A stretch of DNA of 64,000 nucleotides from Candidatus Gottesmanbacteria bacterium UBA6580. Its GTDB lineage: Bacteria > Patescibacteriota > Microgenomatia > UBA10105 > UBA927. The position numbers and the translations under genes are program-made. The notes beneath the pieces are model-generated. The model made no database searches. It saw nothing but the letters and a program-made list of their open reading frames with translations, and had not been told where the DNA came from. This document shows positions 49,668 to 58,994 of the stretch, piece after piece. Each line of letters begins with the position of its first letter. The stretch's first letter is position 1. The stretch is taken from positions 40,630-104,629 of the forward strand of contig DJJA01000006.1 of assembly GCA_002433895.1 (NCBI GenBank), written 5' to 3'.

Positions 49668-50261
49668 ATGGGAAGAACACATATAAAACCAATTCAGCAG
49701 CCGGATGATATCACCTGTGGTCCGACGTCGCTCAAACACGCGCTTGAAGTCGTAGGAAAAAAAGTTTCCATGAAGCGGTTGATTTCGCTGTGTAAAACCG
49801 GAAGAAACGGCACATCCACCAAGCACATGATCGAGGCCGCCAACAAACTTGGACTGTCCGTCATGGTTATGGAGTACGCGACGTTGCATCACTTACAGAG
49901 TGCATTAAAATACCGCCCGAAAGAACAACGCGCCGTGATTGTTTCGTATCTGTACGATCTGGATGATAAATACCGGCCACAGGAAGAATCCGGTCATTGG
50001 GCGATGGTTGCTTCATACCTTGCCAGCAAATCACGGGTGGTACTACTTGATAGCGCTACCGGAAAACGGAAATCATACGACTGGGCAGACTTCCGCTCAC
50101 GCTGGTGGGACTTTGACTACAAAAGGAAAAAACTCAAAAAAAACGGTAAAAAATTCCGGCTTATCAGGAAGTGGCAGCCGCAGCTCATGATGGTGGTCGC
50201 CCGAGATCCGGAATCGCTGCCGTACTTCCGCACCGAAACTGCCAGAGTGTTTATACCCTAA
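49668..50261 (+). CDS. Stand-alone C39-like cysteine peptidase
   Basis: QQPDDITCGPTSL (Q..C), GT, GHWAMV (H), LLDSA (D). Confidence 0.8.
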   Translation: MGRTHIKPIQQPDDITCGPTSLKHALEVVGKKVSMKRLISLCKTGRNGTSTKHMIEAANKLGLSVMVMEYATLHHLQSALKYRPKEQRAVIVSYLYDLDDKYRPQEESGHWAMVASYLASKSRVVLLDSATGKRKSYDWADFRSRWWDFDYKRKKLKKNGKKFRLIRKWQPQLMMVVARDPESLPYFRTETARVFIP

Positions 50262-50367
50262 ACTCTGGGACAAAACCTTACGGTTTTTTCCCAACGATTT
50301 TCCCTAATAGGTGTCGCAAGGGGTTCACTCACTGCCCACACCCATGCGACAAATTATTATTTTGTAA

Positions 50368-51363
50368 CTATGCACTATTCCTTCGAATAGTTGACTGCAC
50401 TATTGCCCACACGAAATCAGCAAATGTCATGCCGGCAGCTTTGTAGGAAACAGTCATCCCGTATTCAGGGTCATCACTTAACCCCGGATTTGAATTTATT
50501 TCCAAAAACATCGGTTCATCGCCCTGACAACGGACATCAAATCTCGCGTAATCACGGTACCCAAATGTCGTAAACGCGCGCTTACTCATGTCTTCTATTT
50601 TTTTCTGCAGCTCCGGTGTCAGTTTAGCAAGCAGCACCGCGGAATTATCATAATCGGCGTGGGTGGCGTCCCACCGGCTTTCGTATGTCAAAAATGGAAC
50701 ATCGGTTGTTTTGGTATACCGCACTTCTGAAACAGGCAACATGGTAAGCCCAGTAGCCGTTTCTAGAAGCGTTACCTGGAACTCACGGCCGGTTAAAAAT
50801 TCTTCCGCGTACACGGGCTGCTTATATTCTGCGAGCCGTTTTTTTACAATGGCGGCAAGATTCTTTTCGTCCTTCACAATAGCTTCCTTCGAAAGCCCCA
50901 CGCTGGAGTGTTCGCTGCTTACTTTTACAATGAGGGGGTAACGGAAATCCTGGCGCACCGGTTCATTTCCCGTATGAAACAGCTGCCATCTAGCCGTCGG
51001 AAGCCCTTGTTCATCCAGCCGTTTTTTCATGACGGACTTATCACAGGATAATAAATAGGTATCGAGCGCGGCTCCCGTATATACCAGCTTACGCGCATGT
51101 ATGTACTCATATGCTTTTACCGCATACGGCGTATCCACACCCGTCCATTCAATCAGATTGAACACTACATCGTCGGGTAATCCCATGATTACCTTTTTTA
51201 TATCGCGTTCGGTAATCGGCACAAGAGTGGTGACGGCTCCTTTATGCTGCAGTGCCTCAGCGACTTCTATCGCTGACTCCTCGGTATCTTCTTCTGCGAC
51301 AAGATGCGTGGTCTTTTTAGCAAACCGTGCGGCGGGCTTGTTGTATAACACTGATATGCGCAT
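50368..51363 (-). CDS. D-Ala-D-Ala-ligase-like ATP-grasp ligase
   Basis: VFNLIE, YTGA, DK, YPLIVK, SSVG, EEFLTGRE, YARFDVR, LEINSNPG. SD AGGAGG. Confidence 0.85.
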   Translation of the reverse strand: MRISVLYNKPAARFAKKTTHLVAEEDTEESAIEVAEALQHKGAVTTLVPITERDIKKVIMGLPDDVVFNLIEWTGVDTPYAVKAYEYIHARKLVYTGAALDTYLLSCDKSVMKKRLDEQGLPTARWQLFHTGNEPVRQDFRYPLIVKVSSEHSSVGLSKEAIVKDEKNLAAIVKKRLAEYKQPVYAEEFLTGREFQVTLLETATGLTMLPVSEVRYTKTTDVPFLTYESRWDATHADYDNSAVLLAKLTPELQKKIEDMSKRAFTTFGYRDYARFDVRCQGDEPMFLEINSNPGLSDDPEYGMTVSYKAAGMTFADFVWAIVQSTIRRNSA

Positions 51364-51376
51364 AATCTAACCCTCC

Positions 51377-52339
51377 TTAGCTAAATACTCTCATCGATGT
51401 ATAATTTTTACCGGTCAAACCGTCCACGTGTATGTTTTCGATAGAAAAATTTCCTTCCGACAACTGTTTGGGTGAATATACGTGCGGCACGAAACTGTCA
51501 CCCTGCTTTTTTAATACTCCTACACCTATCCAAAATTTGACAACTGACGTTTTGGTGGTGCCGACAGCAATAGAGTCCTTAAGTGGCCGGGTAATAACAA
51601 ATATTTTGTCCGGGCACCGGTAATACGGCCGCCGTTTTGAAACACGCGCGTACCCCTCATGGATCAGAAAAACTTTTTCTTTCCATTTCGGGTCATCGGT
51701 CTGCCCGGGCTTCACCCGCACGTTGAGTTCAACCAGCTTTGCCTGTTCCGGCGTAAGTGTGGGCAAACCGCCGAATGTTTTTTTGACATCTTCAATTGAT
51801 TGCTCCAATTCAATAATAAAATCCTTATAACTTCTGTACTGATCACCGACACGATTGAGAGTAAATGATATATTGTTGGGAATATATGATTTCATGAATT
51901 CGAGCACGTTTCGAAAACCAGCAATATACTGCTCGGTCTCGCTTTTAGGAATATTATCCATATATTCCAAAATCACGTCATCGGAATAAAAATCCATAAT
52001 AACCCCCGGTTTGTATATCGCGGCGATGGGACGCAACCAGTTGGTGTAGTATATGAGGCTAAAAACTTCCGCCCAGTCCGGCTCCGGAGCCTCCGGTAAC
52101 CGCCATAGCTTGTACCCGCCAAAAACAAGCGTCAGCTTGATAGGCAAGCCCCGGGAAACATTCAGCGCTATTGCCGAACGGATATGCTCCACATATTCGG
52201 GGTTCACGGCATACTTCCGGAATTTTTTGGACAACAACAGAGTATATATCTTTTCTTCGATACCCGACTCAATAACCGGCACAGGCAACGGGGCAGAAAG
52301 CATGTCAAGTTGTTGCTGTACGTAATGGGATGGAGTCAT
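51377..52339 (-). CDS. Divergent PvcA/Dit1 isocyanide-synthase-like protein
   Basis: PI.L.L....K, PDWAE..SL, I...Y.PG......SD, and C-terminal W.GV.V match the recalled PvcA pattern. Confidence 0.6.
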   Translation of the reverse strand: MTPSHYVQQQLDMLSAPLPVPVIESGIEEKIYTLLLSKKFRKYAVNPEYVEHIRSAIALNVSRGLPIKLTLVFGGYKLWRLPEAPEPDWAEVFSLIYYTNWLRPIAAIYKPGVIMDFYSDDVILEYMDNIPKSETEQYIAGFRNVLEFMKSYIPNNISFTLNRVGDQYRSYKDFIIELEQSIEDVKKTFGGLPTLTPEQAKLVELNVRVKPGQTDDPKWKEKVFLIHEGYARVSKRRPYYRCPDKIFVITRPLKDSIAVGTTKTSVVKFWIGVGVLKKQGDSFVPHVYSPKQLSEGNFSIENIHVDGLTGKNYTSMRVFS

Positions 52340-52345
52340 GTGATA

Positions 52346-53305
52346 CTATTTGCTATGGAACTTGTCATGTATTTGTTTGAGCTGCGGGTTGGTGACGTGC
52401 GTATAAATCTGTGTCGTGGAGACATTTTTGTGTCCCAACAATTCCTGGATAGCACGTAAATCAGCGCCGTTCCCCAATAGATCAGTGGCAAAACTATGCC
52501 GCAGTCCATGCGGCGTAATCTTCACCATCAGCTTCGCTTTTTTGACGTACTTTTCCACCCCCCGCTGCACCGAGCGCGCGGTCAGCCTGATCGAAGCGCC
52601 GGTGGTGTCATGTTCGTCCGGCGTTTTACCACTGTAGCGGATAAACACCGGCCGCATGTCATCCTCGCGGGTGGCAAGATACCGCCGAAGCCAATCGGCA
52701 GCGCGTTCGGACAAAAACACAATCCGGGTTCTTCGGCCTTTTCCGACGACACTAAACTCGCGTCTATCGAGGTTTATTTGATCACGATTGAGGCTCACCA
52801 GCTCCGACACCCGGAGCCCGGTCGAAAACAACACCTCTAGTATGGCTTTATCTCTCGTTCCTTCCTTTGTGTTCATGTCCGGCATGTTGAGGAGCCGCTC
52901 CACATCGTTGTGCTCCAAAAATTTAATCGACCGGCTTTCTGCTTTGGGCAAATCAATCTTGTCCGGAGAAATGGTGGGGATATCCCGTTTTGTCGCGTAT
53001 TTGAGAAAGCTCCGGAGTGCAATGAGATGGTAATTTTGGGTCACCCGTTTGAGGCTCATACCTTTTTCATCGGTAAACCGCGACAGATACAAGCGGTATT
53101 GCCGGATACGTTCTGCGGTAATATCCGTAATTTTCACGGGAGCAGTTTTCACGGATGGGGGAGGGGAGGCAGGGTCGGTAGGACGGGTCAAAAAGTGCAC
53201 AAATCGTGATAAATAGTGCCGGTAATTCCGTATCGTCAATTGCGAAACATTTCGCTCAATTTCAAGGTATTCCAAAAAATCTTTGATAAGTTGTTCTAAA
53301 TCCAT
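52346..53305 (-). CDS. xerC: XerC/XerD-family tyrosine recombinase
   Basis: TGLRVSEL, GKG, HGLRHSFAT, LLGH, TTQIYTHV. Confidence 0.9.
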   Translation of the reverse strand: MDLEQLIKDFLEYLEIERNVSQLTIRNYRHYLSRFVHFLTRPTDPASPPPSVKTAPVKITDITAERIRQYRLYLSRFTDEKGMSLKRVTQNYHLIALRSFLKYATKRDIPTISPDKIDLPKAESRSIKFLEHNDVERLLNMPDMNTKEGTRDKAILEVLFSTGLRVSELVSLNRDQINLDRREFSVVGKGRRTRIVFLSERAADWLRRYLATREDDMRPVFIRYSGKTPDEHDTTGASIRLTARSVQRGVEKYVKKAKLMVKITPHGLRHSFATDLLGNGADLRAIQELLGHKNVSTTQIYTHVTNPQLKQIHDKFHSK

Positions 53306-53320
53306 GTTTTTCGCTAAAGA

Positions 53321-53348
53321 CGTCTCTACAAGAGTTATTTTACGCACA
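53321..53348 (-). promoter_or_regulatory. dif-like (XerC-arm) site just upstream of xerC
   Basis: Minus strand TGTGCGTAAAA-TAACTC-TTGTAGAGACG. Left arm 8/11 to E. coli dif GGTGCGCATAA, right arm only 4/11. Confidence 0.35.
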
Positions 53349-53462
53349 TCTTATGAAAGACGTCATAACAATAACGACGGATTGTGCGAACGTTTTGCAT
53401 ACGTCGTTACAATCCATGATGTGCGACATCATTAACCTTTGTCAATATGCTAGAATATCCCT

Positions 53463-54161
53463 ATGACCCCGTTTCAGAAGAAACAGCTTGCTCTGATGCG
53501 CCAAATGGAAACAATGCTCGCAGCTGATTCCCGTGTCTCAACGATCGTGCCTATGCAAACCGATTATGCTACGGACGATCAGCTATGCCTGAGCCTCAAT
53601 GCGTTCATACCGGAACCTATTGCGGCGTCCATATACGACAAGCTTATCGGACCGCTACAACAACTTGATCCTCACCAGTATTATTATCCATTAGAATCGT
53701 TGCATGTGACGTTTCATAGCATCCGGATCATCCATAGTCCGCCAACATATAGCAAAAAAGATATTGAAACATCCCGTGCACTCCTCACTAAACTTATCCC
53801 GTCAGAACGCCCATTTCCGTTTATATGGCACGGCGTTATGGCGTTGCCGACGAGTATTTCCGTCATCGTCCTGGTAACACCTGCATATAACCGGTTTATC
53901 CGGCGTGTACGCCATGATTTCATCAACCATGGCATCCCTGATGACAAAAAATATTTTTCCGAAACGATGGTATTTGCAAATACCACAATATGCCGGTACA
54001 CACATAAACCATCGCCGGAATTTATTGAGAAACTACAAACCTTCAGAGACATCCATATCGGCGCCGGGGTTATCGATACCGTGTCGTTGGTGGAGACAAA
54101 TGCAGGCGCGCACCCCTCTAAAACCCGTATGTTAGGAACATACCGATTTACCGGGAATTAG
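53463..54161 (+). CDS. 2H-phosphoesterase-like protein (second HxT motif degenerate)
   Basis: YYYP.ESLHVTF. Second motif reads FANTTICRY. Leaderless promoter TGcTAGAAT-6nt-ATG. Confidence 0.7.
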   Translation: MTPFQKKQLALMRQMETMLAADSRVSTIVPMQTDYATDDQLCLSLNAFIPEPIAASIYDKLIGPLQQLDPHQYYYPLESLHVTFHSIRIIHSPPTYSKKDIETSRALLTKLIPSERPFPFIWHGVMALPTSISVIVLVTPAYNRFIRRVRHDFINHGIPDDKKYFSETMVFANTTICRYTHKPSPEFIEKLQTFRDIHIGAGVIDTVSLVETNAGAHPSKTRMLGTYRFTGN

Positions 54162-55229
54162 CCTCAATTTTAAGCCCCTGTAATGACCTACAAGGCCCCT
54201 GATTATTAAAAGCCATACAGTTGATCGTCTCATAAAACGGGCACAAAACAATTTGGGTTGTTCGGACGGGAAAATTCTAAAAATCACAAAAGCCAGTAAT
54301 GGTAAAAGCAACAAACCCTGGGCGAACAATGCCGGGTGAGAAACGGGAATAGGAATACGTTACAACACAACAACAATCATGCTTATGTAATACACAAATA
54401 TGACGGATCATGGGAAACGCAAATACCAGCAATTCAGGCGCACCTCATCTCCATACGTCGTAAAAGTATTATTGTGCGACTTATACCATTTTCCCGCCCC
54501 CGGGTATATCTGAGGCGTTAAGCGGTACCGGCAAAATATGGGCGTTGAGCAAAGGGAGAAGCATGTGATGTATCCCTCGTGCACTGCGCACAAATGCTGT
54601 TCTCTCTCGAGGCTATCGCGTGCGTACTGTTTTTGTGTTCAATGTGATCAATACTGTGAGTGTAATATATGTCATTCGGGTTTTTTATGATGCTCTTAGT
54701 TTAGCGCATTAATACGCGCTATTTGGCAATATTTGAGGCTACAGAACCCTACTCCGGAAACATGAGCATTGTCCGAGATGTCGCAATTTAGCGCGTTTAT
54801 ATGCGCCATGTGAGTAGTTTTGATGCTAGTTTCTCTTCTCTACACAAACAACCATTCTCTATAAGTGTCAGTTTAGCGCATTAATACGCTCTGTTTAGTA
54901 ATTTTCAAGGCTAACGAATAACAAAACAGTAGATAACACAGGAACAGAAATAGAGCGATAGTACGCTCCAAGTTCATATTTCTTGCCTCAAAAAACCCAA
55001 GCGCGCAGTGTTCTCTACACGTGTTTAGCATTGCTTGTGTGTGTCTGCCAACGACCATTTTCTTTCGGTTTTATTTAGACTGTCCTAATACGCTAAAGTA
55101 GTAATTTTGAGGCTACATTCTATCACTCTCTGCTATCAATGGTAACGCTATTTAGAGCATCACAACAATCCAATTCAATACTTTATCGCACACTTTGTGT
55201 ACTCAAGGGAGCGAAAGGAAGTGAGGCTA
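54159..55229. repeat. Dispersed repeats in a 1.28-kb non-coding region
   Basis: Identical 20-mer AGTTTAGCGCATTAATACGC at 54698 and 54870, degenerate third copy near 55086. TGAGGCTA-type octamers at 54159 (minus), 54608, 54734, 54906, 55108, 55222. Confidence 0.75.
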
Positions 55230-55386
55230 ACCAACAGCGAAGGAGGAAGCACCGCGCTCTACCCTATAGTTTTACAGACGCACTGAAGCTGATTTAGCTT
55301 CAAACAGAGGGTTGTGAAAATAACAATCTGACGCCGTGAAAATATTTATCCACATTGTGTCCTATAGTTTTCCCTACCCGTATCAA

Positions 55387-55414
55387 ACTATATCAACTAT
55401 ATCAGACTATATCA
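55387..55414. repeat. Three near-tandem ACTATATCA 9-mers
   Basis: Copies at 55387, 55396 and 55406. Confidence 0.85.
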
Positions 55415-55439
55415 CTCTCCCACTCCCCGCGTTCCGTGC

Positions 55440-56279
55440 CTAAATAGCCGCGCGCCAATTCACCGTTAAGAGTAATATTGCAAAAACAATCGCGACAACA
55501 CCAAAAAATTCCCAAACTGTTCGTTTATAAAGGCGGTCCGAAAGGTACTGCTGACCCATACCAACCAGCCCGTAAAAGACCGTCGTCAGAAAAAGTGCCA
55601 AAAGTGTTGTTCTGACAGGCCAAAGTGCGAATATCCAGGCTAATTCTACACAAACAACCGTTATAACGAGCGTTAAGTCCTTCACTGGCTTGCCTATGTA
55701 TGGTTCCAAATTTGTTGCCCACAAAATCTGCAACGTTAAAGGATACGTGACCAAGCCCACGAGCAGCGCGTTAATGACCCCGGGGAAACGGTACGCGAGG
55801 ATTGTCTGCAATAACAGGAAATAGGTCGCGAGTGTTAATAAAAATCCGACAGAGTGAGCGGCACGAAGCAATGCTATGGTTCGTGCGACCGCGACATTAT
55901 AAATATTTTCGGTGAGGAGTAACGCGTACATACCGACGGCGTACAGCGCGGCAATCGGCAGCCGGGTAAGCCAGCGCGTCGGCAAAAGGAAATAAAACAC
56001 TGCGACAGCTGCCGTAAAAAATGACGGCAAAATAAGCAGTGTCGCCCACTCATGTCCTTTCAAATCTTCCCGCAGCGCAAACGCGCATAACAGATAACTT
56101 AACAGGGCGAGTACGGCAACCATCGGATACCGGAAATCCAACGACACCAATTGTGTTGTCATAAGCACCGCGGTTAATAAGCCGGTTATGATGACAAACT
56201 GCTGGCGCTTAGAAAACGGTTGTGTCCTATCCCAACGCTTAAAACGCTTTGCGATACGCTCAATAATATTTTTTATCAT
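55440..56279 (-). CDS. Multi-pass membrane protein of unknown function
   Basis: About 9 TM helices, ENIYNVA..RTIALLRAA. Confidence 0.8.
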   Translation of the reverse strand: MIKNIIERIAKRFKRWDRTQPFSKRQQFVIITGLLTAVLMTTQLVSLDFRYPMVAVLALLSYLLCAFALREDLKGHEWATLLILPSFFTAAVAVFYFLLPTRWLTRLPIAALYAVGMYALLLTENIYNVAVARTIALLRAAHSVGFLLTLATYFLLLQTILAYRFPGVINALLVGLVTYPLTLQILWATNLEPYIGKPVKDLTLVITVVCVELAWIFALWPVRTTLLALFLTTVFYGLVGMGQQYLSDRLYKRTVWEFFGVVAIVFAILLLTVNWRAAI

Positions 56280-56326
56280 ATGGTACGCTTCCCTCGTGAT
56301 ATAAAAACGATGACCGCAGTTTTTTA

Positions 56327-57046
56327 CTACTCCATTGTAGTATATACGTTTTGCACATCATCTAGCGACTCTAACGCAGAAATAAGTGCTTCATTTTTGA
56401 GACGCACGTCTTGTACAGGGCGTACGGAATTTAAGGGACGCATAACAATCGACGCGTGTTCAACAATAAATGACGACGACTCGAAGGCTTGTTTTACTGA
56501 AAATAAGTCAGTATGTTTTGTATACACTTCATACACGTCATCACGCTCAATCACATCATCTGCTCCGGCGCCAATGGCACGGTCAAGTATGGCATCAAAA
56601 AGAATTCCTGATTTTGTCACCAGCAATACACCGTTTTTCTGAAACTGGAAACTTACCGCACCGGGGGTCGCGAGTGATCCGCCGGCGTGATCAAAGGTGT
56701 GCTTCACTTCTGCCGCGGTACGCTGATGATTGTCGGTAGCGGCTTCGACAAGGTACGCAACTCCCCCCGGTCCATACCCTTCATACAGAAGATTTTCATA
56801 AGCAGTGGCCCCTCCTCCCCCGCCTTTAGCGATAGCCCGCTCGATATTATCCTTGGGCATATTCACCTGCTTCGCGAGTTCAATTGCCAGCCTGAGACGG
56901 AAATTTTTATCAGGGTCCGTAAGTCCGCCGCCTTCACGTACCGCAACGGTAATTCCCCGGGAGGCACGGGTAAATTCACGGCTTTTGACTGCATCTGTTG
57001 TCGCCTTCTGATGTTTTACTTTACTCCACTTCGAATGTCCGCTCAT
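56327..57046 (-). CDS. yebC: YebC/PmpR family protein
   Basis: MSGHSKW, NMPKDNIERAI, YEGYGPGG, TDNHQRT, DDVQNVY. Confidence 0.96.
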   Translation of the reverse strand: MSGHSKWSKVKHQKATTDAVKSREFTRASRGITVAVREGGGLTDPDKNFRLRLAIELAKQVNMPKDNIERAIAKGGGGGATAYENLLYEGYGPGGVAYLVEAATDNHQRTAAEVKHTFDHAGGSLATPGAVSFQFQKNGVLLVTKSGILFDAILDRAIGAGADDVIERDDVYEVYTKHTDLFSVKQAFESSSFIVEHASIVMRPLNSVRPVQDVRLKNEALISALESLDDVQNVYTTME

Positions 57047-57110
57047 ACCAGTACAGTATTGTATCTTCTGTATTGACTTTTCTCAAGAAACTCTGGTACG
57101 CTTCATCACC

Positions 57111-57818
57111 ATGAACAATGTAATTGTTTCTGATCAAGCGGCTATTAATGCCGCACTTGCCCAAGATTGGAAAGAGGCAATTCGGATAAATACAGCACTT
57201 CTTAAAACAGACAAAAACAACATCAGCCTCCTGAACCGACTTGGTTTTGCATATCTCCAGAGCGGCCAATTGACCCTCGCCAAAAAAACATTTCAGCGCG
57301 TTATAAAAATTGACGAATACAATCAGATTGCCATCAAAAATATCAAAAAATTAGGAAGCGTCCGGCAAAAAGATCTCATAAAAGTGAATAAGACACACCT
57401 CGCTCCCCTGTCCTTCCTCGAAGAACCCGGTAAAACAAAAATAGTTGAGTGTGTAAATGCTGCGCCAATGGCAGTACTCGCGACCGTTTCGCCGGGAGAA
57501 GAAGTTGAACTCAAAGCAAGAAACCACGTCGTTGAAGCACGGAACTCGGCAAACACCTATCTTGCGGCACTCCCCGATGATTTGTCATTCCGTCTTATTA
57601 AATTTTTGGCAGTCGGCAACACGTATCAGGCACTGGTCAAGTCTGTGGGAAAAAACACCCTAACATTATTTATCCGCGAAATGAGCCGCGGCAAACGCTT
57701 TGCCAATCAGCCGTCATTTTCTACGACCGCACTCTATGTACCATTCACCCGTAGTGAGCGTGAAGACGACGGATCGCCAACGGAACTTGACGACAAAGAA
57801 GTGGAAAATGAAGAATAA
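57111..57818 (+). CDS. Tetratricopeptide repeat protein
   Basis: WKEAI..N, LNRLGFAY, FLEEPGKTK. Upstream TTGACT-18nt-TACGCT. Confidence 0.8.
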   Translation: MNNVIVSDQAAINAALAQDWKEAIRINTALLKTDKNNISLLNRLGFAYLQSGQLTLAKKTFQRVIKIDEYNQIAIKNIKKLGSVRQKDLIKVNKTHLAPLSFLEEPGKTKIVECVNAAPMAVLATVSPGEEVELKARNHVVEARNSANTYLAALPDDLSFRLIKFLAVGNTYQALVKSVGKNTLTLFIREMSRGKRFANQPSFSTTALYVPFTRSEREDDGSPTELDDKEVENEE

Positions 57819-57843
57819 GTATACCCGTACGACTCAACTTCGT

Positions 57844-58803
57844 TCACTTGTACTGCGCCGCGTATTTTTCACCGAGTAATACAACAAGATCGGCACCAGT
57901 TCCCCGTCCGATATCACCCGCACCTTCTTCCTTTTTACAGTCAAAATAATTAGCAAGATACTCAGCAGTTTTGCTCCGCAATGCTTCACGCGATCCGTTT
58001 ATCTGACACTCCGGCACTAATGGCTCGGCGTTTCCGACAAACACCATCTGCACACCCATCCGTGATGCCTGGCGTGACGCCCGGAGCCCAACGGTTGGCA
58101 CCTGCGTCGTGTTGTAAATTGCGGCAGTAATCCCCTCCGCGCGCATCCCAGTATCAAACAGTGAATTTTGCAGCATATAATCCACTCTACTTTCGTCAAG
58201 CGTCGCGACCGAACTGCCGTCCGGAGATTCCACATGAATAATTGCCTGACGGATATCGATAGTCTCTACTCCATCCGCCGGGATAAACCGTAGCGCCCAT
58301 ACGAGATTTATCCATGTGGTAAACGGCATAGAGGTATCCATACTTCCCTGCAGCACCTTAAAAAGATTGCCAAATGAAAAAATACGCCGCACTAAATCAA
58401 CATTACCGTCACCATTACCTAGCTCGCCGGGCTGTACATACCATGTTATCGGTATACCAAACGCGTCACTGATACTAGACGTTATTAACTTCCCGTGGTG
58501 ATTATCTATATCATCAAGGGTGATAAGCGACCGGATAGGATAATCACCGTACCCTTGTGTCGCGGAAATGACCGTATCTTCCGGTACGTCGATAAGTATA
58601 ATGCTGTTTTTTGCGGCATTAATCGAGAGAATGTGTGTTGGACTTCCCGCGATAACCAGTGATTGCCTATAAGGAAAAGGGGCGACCAGCAGACGGAAAA
58701 AAATAAATATGCTTATTGCCAGGATAACTGCTATCCCAATACCCACAACTGTGGGTACCGCGCGGTGAGCACGCCTGGTATGTACGGCAGTATGACTTCT
58801 CAT
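57844..58803 (-). CDS. LytR/CpsA/Psr-related protein with LytR C-terminal domain
   Basis: N-terminal TM helix, IYNTTQVPTVG.RA, VGNA, ADLVVLLG. Confidence 0.7.
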   Translation of the reverse strand: MRSHTAVHTRRAHRAVPTVVGIGIAVILAISIFIFFRLLVAPFPYRQSLVIAGSPTHILSINAAKNSIILIDVPEDTVISATQGYGDYPIRSLITLDDIDNHHGKLITSSISDAFGIPITWYVQPGELGNGDGNVDLVRRIFSFGNLFKVLQGSMDTSMPFTTWINLVWALRFIPADGVETIDIRQAIIHVESPDGSSVATLDESRVDYMLQNSLFDTGMRAEGITAAIYNTTQVPTVGLRASRQASRMGVQMVFVGNAEPLVPECQINGSREALRSKTAEYLANYFDCKKEEGAGDIGRGTGADLVVLLGEKYAAQYK

Positions 58804-58822
58804 GGCAGGTACGAATACTCAC

Positions 58823-58969
58823 TTACCACTCTTTTTTCCCTTTTTTAATTATCTCCACTTGAGGAAGCTGCCATGACCCACCGGACAGCTGTTTTTGCGC
58901 CTTCTTTTCTAAATCCTTTTTCTTCGCTTTCTTTTTATCCCCCTTATAAAATCCGCCAAAATTACCCAT
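58823..58969 (-). CDS. 48-aa Lys-rich microprotein MGNFGGFYKGDKKKAKKKDLEKKAQKQLSGGSWQLPQVEIIKKGKKEW
   Basis: Translated by hand. Strong SD AAAGGAGGT upstream. Fills the gap after tgt. Confidence 0.75.
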   Translation of the reverse strand: MGNFGGFYKGDKKKAKKKDLEKKAQKQLSGGSWQLPQVEIIKKGKKEW

Positions 58970-58994
58970 ATAAATATACCTCCTTTACGTGTAT

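Noticed and set aside
50312-50351. TGTCGCA/TGCGACA hairpin as an ncRNA
   Set aside because: It lies between convergent genes and is most simply a terminator-like structure.
52346-53305. Prophage or integrative-element integrase
   Set aside because: Size and motifs fit a housekeeping XerC/D. No phage genes, tRNA target or att duplication were seen.
54698-55115. CRISPR array
   Set aside because: Only 2-3 degenerate units, spacing of 172-204 nt is far too long, and there are no cas genes.
54162-55439. oriC
   Set aside because: Only one perfect DnaA box, no dnaA/dnaN nearby, and by eye the + strand stays C/A-rich on both sides with no skew switch. Not computed.
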